A stretch of DNA of 38,364 nucleotides from Thermodesulfovibrionales bacterium (GTDB lineage Bacteria > Nitrospirota > Thermodesulfovibrionia > Thermodesulfovibrionales > UBA6898). Position numbers and translations under genes: made by a program. Positions 26,797 to 35,923 of the stretch are shown here, piece by piece. Numbering within the stretch: the first letter of the stretch is position 1; each line of letters starts with the position of its first letter. Where the stretch lies: assembly GCA_044450345.1 (NCBI GenBank), contig JBIOIY010000028.1, positions 1 through 38,364 of the forward strand. The letters run 5' to 3'. A model generated the notes under the pieces. It was not told the DNA's origin and searched no databases. It saw only the letters and a program-made list of their open reading frames with translations.

Positions 26797-27513
26797 ATGA
26801 TAATTGGATCACAAAAACCTACAGACGAAATCTGGAACATGGTGAAGGACTTCAAGAAGGTCCTGGTCTTCGGCTGTAACACCTGTGTGGCGGTATGCCA
26901 TGCCGGCGGCGAAAAGGAGGCTGAGACGATTGCGACGCTTCTGCGGATGCGGGCGGGCCAGGAAGGGAAGGAGATGGAAGTGAATTTCACTTCTGTCGTG
27001 CGCCACTGCGAGCCGGAATATTTCGAGCCGGTCATGGACGAGTTGCGGAAATATGACCTCATTCTCTCGACCGCGTGCGGCGTGGGTGTCAATTTCCTTT
27101 CCGATAGGACAGGGACGATCCCGGTCTATCCCGGCATCAACACTTCGTTTTACGGCGCGGTGGAATCAGCGGGCAATTTTGTTGAGCTCTGCGCGGGATG
27201 CGGCAATTGCATTCTTCATCTGACCGGCGGCATCTGTCCAATTGCACGCTGCTCCAAGACGCTCATGAACGGACCATGCGGAGGAACTAACAAGGGCAAA
27301 TGTGAGGTAAGCCAGGACGTGGACTGCGCCTGGTACCTGATCGTGGAGCGAATGAAGAAACTGGGCAATCTGGAAAAACTAGCGGAGATCCAGCCTCCGC
27401 GCAACTGGTCCACATCGCGTGACGGCGGTCCCCGCAGGGTTTCCCTTGAGCATATCAGGGCATACGAGGAACAGGAAGCGCAGAAGTCGGAGACAGCGGG
27501 AGGGAAGAAATAA
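26797..27513 (+). CDS. metV: Methylene-THF reductase small subunit (MTHFR C-terminal domain protein)
   Basis: GCNTCVAVC, ACGVG, CAGCGNC..GGICPIARCSKTLMNGPCGG..CE..CAW. Confidence 0.92.
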   Translation: MIIGSQKPTDEIWNMVKDFKKVLVFGCNTCVAVCHAGGEKEAETIATLLRMRAGQEGKEMEVNFTSVVRHCEPEYFEPVMDELRKYDLILSTACGVGVNFLSDRTGTIPVYPGINTSFYGAVESAGNFVELCAGCGNCILHLTGGICPIARCSKTLMNGPCGGTNKGKCEVSQDVDCAWYLIVERMKKLGNLEKLAEIQPPRNWSTSRDGGPRRVSLEHIRAYEEQEAQKSETAGGKK

Positions 27514-28493
27514 TGAAGAGTGGAAGCAATCTTGAAAGAGTCATAATGAGCGGCAAGCCTGCGGTCACGGCCGAACTCGGACCGCCCATGTCAGCTGACG
27601 GCCACGAGGTGACTAAGAAGGCCAATATTCTGAAAGGTTTCTGCGATGCGGCTAATATCACGGATTGTCAGACGGCTGTTGTCCGTATCTCAAGTATTGC
27701 CGCGGGGGTATTGGCCTTGAGAGAAGGGCTTGAGCCGGTGATGCAGATGACCTGCCGCGACCGGAACCGGATCGGCATCCAGGCGGACCTCCTCGGGGCG
27801 GCCGCCCTTGGGCTTAAGAACTGTCTTTGCCTTGCGGGAGACCACCAGAAGTTTAGTGCAGCGGGAAGGCTCAAAGGGCATCCGGGCGCAAAGAACGTTT
27901 ACGATGTGGATACCTGCCAGCTCGTCGGCATCCTCAAAAAGATGCGTGACGAAGGCAAGCAGGAGGGTGGCGATCCCTTGGAAGTGGCGCCGAAATTCTT
28001 CGTTGGCGCATCCTGGACCCCGATGGGCGACCCGATCGATTTCAGGCCGATGAATCTCCTTAAGAAGGTGAATGCCGGGGCCGATTTCATCCAGACCCAG
28101 GGTATCTATGACATAGAGCTCTTCAGGTCGCAGATGGAGAAGATCCGGAACATGGGCCTCCATGAACGTACCGCCATTCTCGGCGGCATCATCGTCCCTA
28201 AGAGCGCCATGATGCTCAAGTATATGGACTCCTCTGTTGCCGGCGTGTCTGTTCCTAAGGCGCTCATCGACAGGATGAACAAGGCGAAAGCGGCCGCTGG
28301 AGACGACAAGAAAAAGGCGAAGGAGCTGCAGGAGGCGGAGGGGCTCAAGCTGACTGTCGAACTAATACACCAGGTCTTGGAGACGCCGGGCATTAAGGGC
28401 GTCCATATCCAGGCGATCGAGTGGGAGACCGCGATCGAGGGGATCGTTAAAGCGGCGGGACTTTATCCGAGACCTACGTTCCCGGCTGAATAG
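27513..28493 (+). CDS. metF: Methylenetetrahydrofolate reductase large subunit
   Basis: VTAELGPP, ANITD, MQMTCRDRNR, AGDH, KKVNAGADFIQTQ, GVHI; TAATG overlap with metV. Confidence 0.94.
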   Translation: MKSGSNLERVIMSGKPAVTAELGPPMSADGHEVTKKANILKGFCDAANITDCQTAVVRISSIAAGVLALREGLEPVMQMTCRDRNRIGIQADLLGAAALGLKNCLCLAGDHQKFSAAGRLKGHPGAKNVYDVDTCQLVGILKKMRDEGKQEGGDPLEVAPKFFVGASWTPMGDPIDFRPMNLLKKVNAGADFIQTQGIYDIELFRSQMEKIRNMGLHERTAILGGIIVPKSAMMLKYMDSSVAGVSVPKALIDRMNKAKAAAGDDKKKAKELQEAEGLKLTVELIHQVLETPGIKGVHIQAIEWETAIEGIVKAAGLYPRPTFPAE

Positions 28494-28513
28494 CGGTTTC
28501 AGTCTCTGATCAT

Positions 28514-28576
28514 AAAAAAAGGGCAGGATTTTGGTAGTGTCCTAATAAGATACTACCAAAATCCTGCACTTTTTTT
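28514..28576. terminator. Bidirectional intrinsic terminator after metF, built around a REP-like core
   Basis: A7, 21-bp stem, CTAATAA loop, T7; the inner stem TTGGTAGTGTC/GATACTACCAA matches the 4105-4173 repeat. Confidence 0.85.
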
Positions 28577-28701
28577 ATGGCGACGGTGGATGACACAGTT
28601 CCGATGATCTCTTCTATATGTTTCTTATATTTACGATCGTACATTTCTTATGGTATTCTTCTCTATACAAATACAGCATCTTGTTGATAAGTTAAATATC
28701 G

Positions 28702-30516
28702 ATGGCCTTTACCGGAGAATTAGAACATCTACATATAGTTGATATAATTCAACTCGTCAATACGGCGCGGAAATCGGGCACGTTTTCCGTCAAGGGAAGC
28801 AAGGGCGAAAGCCGGATAATCTTCAGCAACGGGTATATCGTCGGTGCAAGTCACCTCAATAACAAGATCCGAATAGGCACTGTCCTGGTGAAGATGAATG
28901 CTATTACCCGTGAAGATCTCGAACAGGCGCTTGAAATGCAAAGGAAATCAGGCAAGGACCGCAAGCCTCTGATTTCCACCCTCATCGAACTCGGCAAACT
29001 GGGGCGTGACGAAGCAACTAAGGGACTTAAGAAACTGATCGAGATAACTCTTGCTGAACTGGTGGGCTGGAACGAGGGCACCTTCACGCTTGATACAGAA
29101 ACAATAAGTGTATCTCCGGAGTGCAGCTATCCCCTCAGCAAGATGGAACAGGAGATAGGTCTTGATGCCCAGATGTTATTGATGGATGCCCTTCGTGTTT
29201 ATGACGAACGGGAACGGGACCGTCAGGCCGGAAAGACCGTCCCGTCAGATGAGGAATTGTTTGCGGATGTGGTACCGTCGGAAGAAGCCGTGAAAAGCGA
29301 CGAGAGGGTTCCGGTCATTACCGCAGAGGACCTGGGCCTGGGCGATCTCGAGCATCTGGAGCGGAAAATGCCTGAGTCTCTTCCTGAGGATGAAACGTTT
29401 GATCCTGTCGAGATCCATCGTCAAAAAATCAAGGAGACATTAGCCGGTTTTTCTGCCGGGGAGCAGGAGGCATTTGTCTCTTTTTTGGAGAAAGCTACGC
29501 AAAACCGGGTCCCTCATGATGGTCTGCAGAAGCATCGGGGACGCGCGAAAGGCATTATCTTTTTTAGCGACGATGAACTTATCAAGCATTCGGTCATGAC
29601 CATCTGCAAGGCCCATGACGTGCTTGTTTTTGCCACTGACGGAGACGAGGAGCTTGACCGCATCATAGACCAATGTCTCAAGATAAAGATTTTACCTGTC
29701 GTTGTCCTGGACGATCCGGAAACCTCCGGGGGGATGCTCTCCCGTGAAAAAATCGTCAGCCTGCGGCAGCGGGTAAAGCAGCGATACCGGCAGGTGTTAA
29801 TAATTCAAATTGCATCTTCGCCGGATTATGAGTTTACGTTGCAGTCGTTTCAAGACGGTGCCGTGGCGGTTTTTCCCAGACCTTCTAAAGATGCCCGGAA
29901 AAAAACGTTTATTCCTGATGCGGTCAAATTTCTGGAAACCTTCAAGTCTTACATGGAAAACTTCCTTCAGGTGCAGAACGAACCGGCATCGACTGAGGGC
30001 CGCCTGAACAAGATCAAAAACCGCATCATAACACTCCGAAACAGTGATGAGCCTTCCGAGGTGTCTCTTGCCCTTCTTCAGAGTGTTTCCGAATTTTTTG
30101 AACGTTCCATTACCTTTATTGTTCGCCAGACCGAACTCGCCGGAGAAAAGGCGATAGGGGTGTATGCTGAAAAGGAGGCGGGACCGACTTCAGTAACAAG
30201 GCTTAAGGTCCCTCTGTCGCAGCCTTCGGTTTTTCGTGATGTGGTTGAAAGGGGACAGGTTTTTTATGGGGAGAGCGCGGATGAAGTCTTAAGAGAACAT
30301 CTCTTTGAGGCGATCGGCGAGCCTCTGAGCCCCGCGATAATCCTTCTTCCGGTCAAGAGTGACGGGAAGACTGTGATGCTGACCTATGGAGATTTCGGCG
30401 GAAAAGAGGCGTCATCCGGACAATATGATTTGCTGGAAATTCTGGCCGACGGGGCCGGGCTGGTTTTGGAAAACTCCCTCTATCGTAAACAGCTCAATAG
30501 GGCGTATCATAAGTGA
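28702..30516 (+). CDS. DUF4388 (PatA-N-like) protein with an MshEN-like motif, degenerate receiver-like middle and GAF-like C-terminus
   Basis: MAFTGELEHLHIVDIIQL...KSGTF..F.NG.IV.A; RIGTVLVKMNAITREDLEQALEMQ; PAIILLPV..LTYGDFG. Confidence 0.75.
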   Translation: MAFTGELEHLHIVDIIQLVNTARKSGTFSVKGSKGESRIIFSNGYIVGASHLNNKIRIGTVLVKMNAITREDLEQALEMQRKSGKDRKPLISTLIELGKLGRDEATKGLKKLIEITLAELVGWNEGTFTLDTETISVSPECSYPLSKMEQEIGLDAQMLLMDALRVYDERERDRQAGKTVPSDEELFADVVPSEEAVKSDERVPVITAEDLGLGDLEHLERKMPESLPEDETFDPVEIHRQKIKETLAGFSAGEQEAFVSFLEKATQNRVPHDGLQKHRGRAKGIIFFSDDELIKHSVMTICKAHDVLVFATDGDEELDRIIDQCLKIKILPVVVLDDPETSGGMLSREKIVSLRQRVKQRYRQVLIIQIASSPDYEFTLQSFQDGAVAVFPRPSKDARKKTFIPDAVKFLETFKSYMENFLQVQNEPASTEGRLNKIKNRIITLRNSDEPSEVSLALLQSVSEFFERSITFIVRQTELAGEKAIGVYAEKEAGPTSVTRLKVPLSQPSVFRDVVERGQVFYGESADEVLREHLFEAIGEPLSPAIILLPVKSDGKTVMLTYGDFGGKEASSGQYDLLEILADGAGLVLENSLYRKQLNRAYHK

Positions 30517-30566
30517 CTGAATGAACACCGATAGGAAATCATACACTATTCAAAAAGGAAAACACT

Positions 30567-31634
30567 ATGGACACTGCGACCTTTACACAAATTCTTGAAA
30601 TCGCTTTTGAAAAGAGGGTATCCGATATCCACTTCGAGGTGGACAATCCCCCGATATTCAGGGCACGAGGACATCTGATCCGCTCAAAACTGAATAATTT
30701 AACAAAAAAGGACACGGAGTTCATTGCTTCTGCCGTGCTGGAGCAGCATACCCGGAAGCTGCCCGAGGACTTGAGAGAATTTGATACCTCTTATACCCTG
30801 TCCAACGTTGGCCGTTTCCGGGTCAGCATCTTCCGTCAGAGGGGCAATATCGGCCTTGTGATGCGTGTCATCCCCCATCATATTGGCACATTTGAGGAAC
30901 TCAATCTCCCCCCGGTATTAGGGAACATCACAAAGGCGCCGAACGGTCTGATTCTGGTCTGCGGGCCCACGGGCAACGGTAAGTCTACGACCCTGGCTTC
31001 GATGATCCGTCATATCAACGACAACTTCAACTACAGCGTCATTACGATAGAGGATCCGATCGAGTTTATTTTTCATTCTAACAAGAGCTGCATTATCCAG
31101 AGGGAGGTCGGCATCGACACCGATGGCTTCAGCGGCGCCTTAAGAACGGCCATGCGGATGGACCCCGATGCTATCATGGTGGGAGAAATGCGTGACCTGG
31201 AGACAATTGATGCATGCATTAAGGCCGCCGAGACCGGACATCTGGTCCTTTCTACCCTGCATACGCATAACGCCGCTTCGACCATCAGCCGTATTGTGGG
31301 ATATTTTCCGTCCCAGGTGCAGGAGAATGTCCGCCACAGGCTGGCGGAGATACTCGTGGCCACTATCTCGCTTCGGCTCGTACGGGGGAAAAGCGGGGAG
31401 ATTGTTCTTCCGGCCATGGAAGTTATGCATGCGACATCCACGATCAAGGCGTGCATTAGGGATGGGCACCTGGATGAAATTGAGCAATATGTTGAAAAGG
31501 GACGCGATGAATATCATATGCAGACCCTGGACCAGCACCTGATCCAGCTCTGCAGGCAGGATGTCATAACACTTGACGAGGCGAAGCGGATTTCCCGCTC
31601 CACCGACTTGGAACGAAAGCTTATTTATTCTTAG
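30567..31634 (+). CDS. PilT/PilU-family type IV pilus ATPase (paralog)
   Basis: SDIHF, RFRVSIF, GPTGNGKSTT, TIEDPIE, MDPDAIMVGEMRD, AETGHLVLSTLHT, MQTLD; AIRNLIRE replaced by TIKACIRD. Confidence 0.92.
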   Translation: MDTATFTQILEIAFEKRVSDIHFEVDNPPIFRARGHLIRSKLNNLTKKDTEFIASAVLEQHTRKLPEDLREFDTSYTLSNVGRFRVSIFRQRGNIGLVMRVIPHHIGTFEELNLPPVLGNITKAPNGLILVCGPTGNGKSTTLASMIRHINDNFNYSVITIEDPIEFIFHSNKSCIIQREVGIDTDGFSGALRTAMRMDPDAIMVGEMRDLETIDACIKAAETGHLVLSTLHTHNAASTISRIVGYFPSQVQENVRHRLAEILVATISLRLVRGKSGEIVLPAMEVMHATSTIKACIRDGHLDEIEQYVEKGRDEYHMQTLDQHLIQLCRQDVITLDEAKRISRSTDLERKLIYS

Positions 31635-31654
31635 CTGAACCTCTGCTTTAATTC

Positions 31655-31681
31655 AAAAAAAACCCGCCCTCAGAGGGCGGG
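31655..31681 (-). terminator. Intrinsic terminator for the 31718-32188 gene
   Basis: A8-CCCGCCCT-CAG-AGGGCGGG. Confidence 0.75.
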
Positions 31682-31717
31682 GCAGATGATTGACTTTTTG
31701 TCCTGAACCGCTTGCTG

Positions 31718-32188
31718 TCATGCTGCCTTGGACGGACCGAATGACTTAGATGTGGCTGATGTGGGTATTGAGGCGGCCTTCAGTTCGTCGTCAAAATGTT
31801 TGAGCAGACTGTTCTGTTTCCTCGAATCAGCTATGAGATATGAAAGGAGGTAACGAGGAATTGCCAACTCACTTTTTTCCAATGCTTCCTTGGCAATGGA
31901 AAGGGCCTTTCCCTCGGCCTCCATGTGCCTGTTAAGATGGGCCGAGAGATTCTGCAGTTCGTCTGGGCTAAGAGTAACTGCCTCCTTCTTTACGCTATCG
32001 ACGATCATCTGCTGAAGAAGACGCCGCTTTTCCGCTTCAAGCCGCAGCGTCTGCAACATCGTCTTAATAAGAGGGTTTTTTGCCTTTGGAATCTCCTTAT
32101 CTGTGTGTGCTATGTTTTCGGACTCAATAGCCTGCCAGTCTGCGATCTTATCTAAAATATCTTCATATTTTCCTGCATATTTTGCCAT
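31718..32188 (-). CDS. Hypothetical all-helical protein, ferritin-like fold suspected
   Basis: 156 aa, SD AAAGGAG; WQAIESE, NPLIK, HMEAE, YLLSYLIAD. Confidence 0.75.
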   Translation of the reverse strand: MAKYAGKYEDILDKIADWQAIESENIAHTDKEIPKAKNPLIKTMLQTLRLEAEKRRLLQQMIVDSVKKEAVTLSPDELQNLSAHLNRHMEAEGKALSIAKEALEKSELAIPRYLLSYLIADSRKQNSLLKHFDDELKAASIPTSATSKSFGPSKAA

Positions 32189-32446
32189 CGTAATCTCCTT
32201 TCAGGGGAGGTCTTTTCCCCGTGTACCAAATCGCTTCTGTTAGTTACATTCTATATCGATACTATTGGTTTCGCATATCCGAAACTGTCTGATTTTTTTG
32301 TCGTTGTTAGTCCTACAAGGGACCGTGGCAGGGCTGTTTAAAGCAGTGTAAACCTGTAAAGAAAAGGCATGGTTTGCATCCGTGGACCCTAATTCTGATG
32401 TGGAGGGGTCTCCGTTGTCCACCTGTTATACTGAATCATCGCCCGG

Positions 32447-32857
32447 CTAAGTATTCGACATGACGAGCACCCTTTCTTTGTCCTTGAAAAGGACTGCGCA
32501 TTTTTTGAAAAAAGTCTTCTGCACCACGCCCCTGCCGAAGATGCTGTGCATTATCAAATCGCCTGTATGATACGCGCGCACCATTTCATAGGCCAGTTCA
32601 GGCCCCTGGGCAGCCTCGACCGCTTTTTCCCATACGGCCTCTGTTTGTATGAAAGACTTCGAGGGGATACTGCTTGCTCTGGTCGCTCCTGATCTTGCGA
32701 CCGGTGTATTTTTGAAATTGTGAATGCCGCCACAGGTTTTACATTTTACCTTAACGACGGCGTCGCGTACCATGGCCACTACGATGTGTTCGAGAATGAG
32801 TTTGCATTTTGTGCAATAAGAGTCTACATCTCCGCCTGTTGAAATCTTGCTCGTCAT
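32447..32857 (-). CDS. Hypothetical protein with an N-terminal zinc ribbon
   Basis: YCTKCK..H..KCKTCGGIH; C-terminal YHTGDLIMHSIFGRGVV. Confidence 0.8.
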   Translation of the reverse strand: MTSKISTGGDVDSYCTKCKLILEHIVVAMVRDAVVKVKCKTCGGIHNFKNTPVARSGATRASSIPSKSFIQTEAVWEKAVEAAQGPELAYEMVRAYHTGDLIMHSIFGRGVVQKTFFKKCAVLFKDKERVLVMSNT

Positions 32858-32984
32858 GATATATATCCTATCGGTCTGCTCCAGAAGTCTTGCCGTTATG
32901 ATTCTCTTCGGGGCTGCGACCTTCTACAACTGAACCGTATTAAGTTAATTATTACAACTTCTCAGAGGGAAAGGGTAAAGAATG

Positions 32985-33013
32985 AAAACGGAGTCAAATT
33001 CAAAATGACTCCG
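32985..33013 (-). terminator. Probable terminator after the DEAD-box gene
   Basis: CGGAGTCA/TGACTCCG stem followed by TTTT on the minus strand. Confidence 0.5.
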
Positions 33014-33035
33014 AACTCTTAGGCCCCGGAAATCG

Positions 33036-34379
33036 TCAGTTCGAGGTGTGCCGGGAAAAGGCACCCCGATGCGTGTCCCCTCGTTGAGACGGTTTCCGAA
33101 CTACACCGGTGTTCTTAATATCTGCCGGTTTTCCCTGTCTATGCTCCTTTGCCCCCGTGACCTTCACGCCGCTGTTCACTGGGGTTTTCGGCCCGGTTCT
33201 ACGCCTCTGCGGTTCGCGCGGCGGACGGGCAAACTCGGTATCGCGCACAGGCACCGACTTTTTGTAATCAAAGCCCTCCAGTGTGCGTCGCTCCACTTTT
33301 TCGCGGAGAACGCGCTCGATACTGCGCACCATATCCTCGTCTTCATGGGTGATGAATGTGAAGGCATCGCCGGTCTTTGCCGCGCGGCCGGTCCGGCCGA
33401 TGCGGTGTGTGTATGCGTCAGCGGTGTCGGGCATGTCGTAGTTGATGACGTGGGAAATGCTCGATACGTCGATACCGCGAGCTGCTATATCGGTGGCTAC
33501 GAGAATCTGGTAAGAACCGCTGCGAAAACCGTCGAGCGCCTCCTGCCGCTTGTTTTGCGAGAGGTTTCCCTGCAGCGATGCAGCACGGTATGCTGCCTTT
33601 GTCAACTGTTGTCCCAGGCGCTTGGCGCGGTGTTTAGTCCGGGTAAAGATCAGGACCGACTCTGTATCGGTGTTACGCAGCAGTTCGAGGAGCAGAGCTG
33701 TCTTGAGGTGCTGATCGACAGGGTAGAGCGCATGGCTGACTGTGTTTGCAGGAGCTGTATGGCCGACCTGAACAGTGACCGGAGCGCTCAGAATCTCTCG
33801 GGCGAGCCGTCGGATGTCCTCAGGCATGGTTGCTGAGAACAGGAGCGTCTGGCGCTTTGCCGGTACGTGCTTAATGATTTTACGGACATCCGGCAGAAAG
33901 CCCATATCGAACATGCGGTCCGCTTCGTCAAGGACAAGCACTTCCAGATGCGACAGGTCGATCGTCCGTTGACCTATATGGTCGAGCAGCCGGCCTGGAC
34001 AGGCAACGACGATCTCGACCCCGGCGCGCAACTTCTGTATCTGAGGAGTTATGCTTACTCCGCCGTAAACTGTTAGGCTCTTGAGGCGCGTCTGCCGTCC
34101 CAGGACCCCGATCGCCTCGTGGATCTGTTCTGCCAATTCGCGCGTCGGCGCAATGACCAAGGCACGGACACGGCCGCGCGGTCCATTCATAAGACGCTCC
34201 AGAATCGGCAGTACGAAAGCAGCAGTCTTGCCAGTGCCGGTCTGGGCAAGGCCCATAACGTCGTGCCCCTCGAGGACTTTAGGGATGGCCTGATGCTGGA
34301 TAGGAGTGGGTGTGTGGTAGCCGAGCGTCTTGACGCCGGCAACGATCTGAGGATGAAGATTAAAAGAATTAAAACTCAT
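33036..34379 (-). CDS. rhlE: DEAD-box RNA helicase, RhlE-like
   Basis: PTPIQ, AQTGTGKT, PTRELA, DEAD, SAT, ARGID, HRIGRTGR, basic C-terminal tail. Confidence 0.93.
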   Translation of the reverse strand: MSFNSFNLHPQIVAGVKTLGYHTPTPIQHQAIPKVLEGHDVMGLAQTGTGKTAAFVLPILERLMNGPRGRVRALVIAPTRELAEQIHEAIGVLGRQTRLKSLTVYGGVSITPQIQKLRAGVEIVVACPGRLLDHIGQRTIDLSHLEVLVLDEADRMFDMGFLPDVRKIIKHVPAKRQTLLFSATMPEDIRRLAREILSAPVTVQVGHTAPANTVSHALYPVDQHLKTALLLELLRNTDTESVLIFTRTKHRAKRLGQQLTKAAYRAASLQGNLSQNKRQEALDGFRSGSYQILVATDIAARGIDVSSISHVINYDMPDTADAYTHRIGRTGRAAKTGDAFTFITHEDEDMVRSIERVLREKVERRTLEGFDYKKSVPVRDTEFARPPREPQRRRTGPKTPVNSGVKVTGAKEHRQGKPADIKNTGVVRKPSQRGDTHRGAFSRHTSN

Positions 34380-34628
34380 TGACCCTTCTTTCTGTTTAGG
34401 GCCATCAGGGCTTATTTCCTGAAAGCCTGTAATTTTGTTTAAATATGAGGATGTCTAAAAACTGATAGCAAAGTCGGAGCGGAACCGAAGACCTGCGGGG
34501 CAAAAGGAGCTGTTGCGCTGATTTCTTGGTAGGCCTCTATCTTGGCTTTCTGTGCATCACTTTCTCTTATATATGATAAGCGTATTCCCTCTGTTTTGTC
34601 AATTAAATACTCCTCAACAGGTCCTTCT

Positions 34629-34955
34629 CTATATCTTGTCCCACATCGTCTTTGAAGATTTGATAAAGCATACGCCCTCAGGCATCTTGCAATTACCGGC
34701 TTTTTTTTGTCCCGGCGCGTTTTCGGGTGCAGGCATTGCGGTTATCCGTCTGCGCGCCCCCTCAAATATGCCCCTCATTTCTCCTGGAAAGGAACCGAAT
34801 TCCATAGCGTTCTCTTTTTCCAGTCCGACCAGACCGTCTCTAAGGGCGATAACGGTATTAGCATAAGCTTTGCACTGGCGGCATAAGGGGTCTGTCTGCT
34901 GATTCGCCAGCACGCCGGAAATATAGTGATAGTATCTTATTCGGTTTATTAGCAT
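34629..34955 (-). CDS. Hypothetical 4-Cys putative metal-binding protein
   Basis: ATG 34955 after AAAGGAGGT; DPLCRQCKA and GNCKMPEGVCF. Confidence 0.7.
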   Translation of the reverse strand: MLINRIRYYHYISGVLANQQTDPLCRQCKAYANTVIALRDGLVGLEKENAMEFGSFPGEMRGIFEGARRRITAMPAPENAPGQKKAGNCKMPEGVCFIKSSKTMWDKI

Positions 34956-35028
34956 AGATATCGAACCTCCTTTGAATGGACCCAAGTCAAAAGGTCATTA
35001 TTTTTGTTTGCCCTCTGCACTGCACAGG

Positions 35029-35706
35029 TCAGGAACCGCGGACGCCGATCCAGACGGTGTGATGTCCGCCGCCACGGGTGCCTCTCGCCCGCACGCGGAT
35101 CTCATCGACCTCGAAGCCTGCACTGCGAAAACGAAGGGCAAAGGACCGATCGGTGCCGGCTGACCATACCGCCAGCACACCGGAAGGCCGCAGCGCCGCG
35201 AAGGACGCCTCAAGACCGGCCTTCGAGTAAAGCCAGTCATTGCATTGTTGAGTCAGGCCATTGGGACCATTGTCAACGTCAAGTAAGATGGCGTCGTAAG
35301 CCCGTTGCTCAGCTTGCAGTATCAGTGCGACATCAACTTCCCGAACAGTGACCCGCTTGTCCTGAATGGGGCGGCCGGCCAGGTCCGCGAGGTGGCCTCG
35401 ATTCCACTTAACCACCGCAGGCACAAGTTCTGCCACGACAACCTCGCCTCTGGTGCCGAGACGCTGCAACGCCGCAGCTGCAGTATATCCCATGCCGAGA
35501 CCCCCGATCAGGAGCCGCGGCCGCAGATGGCCGGTGATCCTTGCACAGGCAAGGTCGGCCAGGGCATCCTCTGATCCGTGGACGGAGCTGTTCATGAGTT
35601 CGCGACCATCTATCCTGAGTGAGAACTCTCTGCCACGCCTGTAAAGTCGAAGCTCTCCGCCGTGTCCCGGTACCTGTGCACTGTCCAGAAACTCCCAAGG
35701 AATCAT
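35029..35706 (-). CDS. Spermidine-synthase-like class I SAM-dependent methyltransferase
   Basis: ELMNS...SE, LIGGLGMGYT, VAELV, YDAILLDVDNGP, GVLAVWS. Confidence 0.88.
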   Translation of the reverse strand: MIPWEFLDSAQVPGHGGELRLYRRGREFSLRIDGRELMNSSVHGSEDALADLACARITGHLRPRLLIGGLGMGYTAAAALQRLGTRGEVVVAELVPAVVKWNRGHLADLAGRPIQDKRVTVREVDVALILQAEQRAYDAILLDVDNGPNGLTQQCNDWLYSKAGLEASFAALRPSGVLAVWSAGTDRSFALRFRSAGFEVDEIRVRARGTRGGGHHTVWIGVRGS

Positions 35707-35923
35707 GAGGACCTCAAGGGGCAGCACTGCAAAGGCCTGTCCCGCAGGATTTATTGTCGGTCATTTTCTCACTTGTCTCCATTCACCATTATCTTACCGT
35801 TTCAGAAAAAAGTTTGCCAGATTCCGATAACGTAGCACTCCAAAAAAAGATATTGGATAGACTCTCCTCTTCTTCCTTTATATAATTGGGTAGACTGGCG
35901 CAACTTAAACCCGGAGGAAAAAA

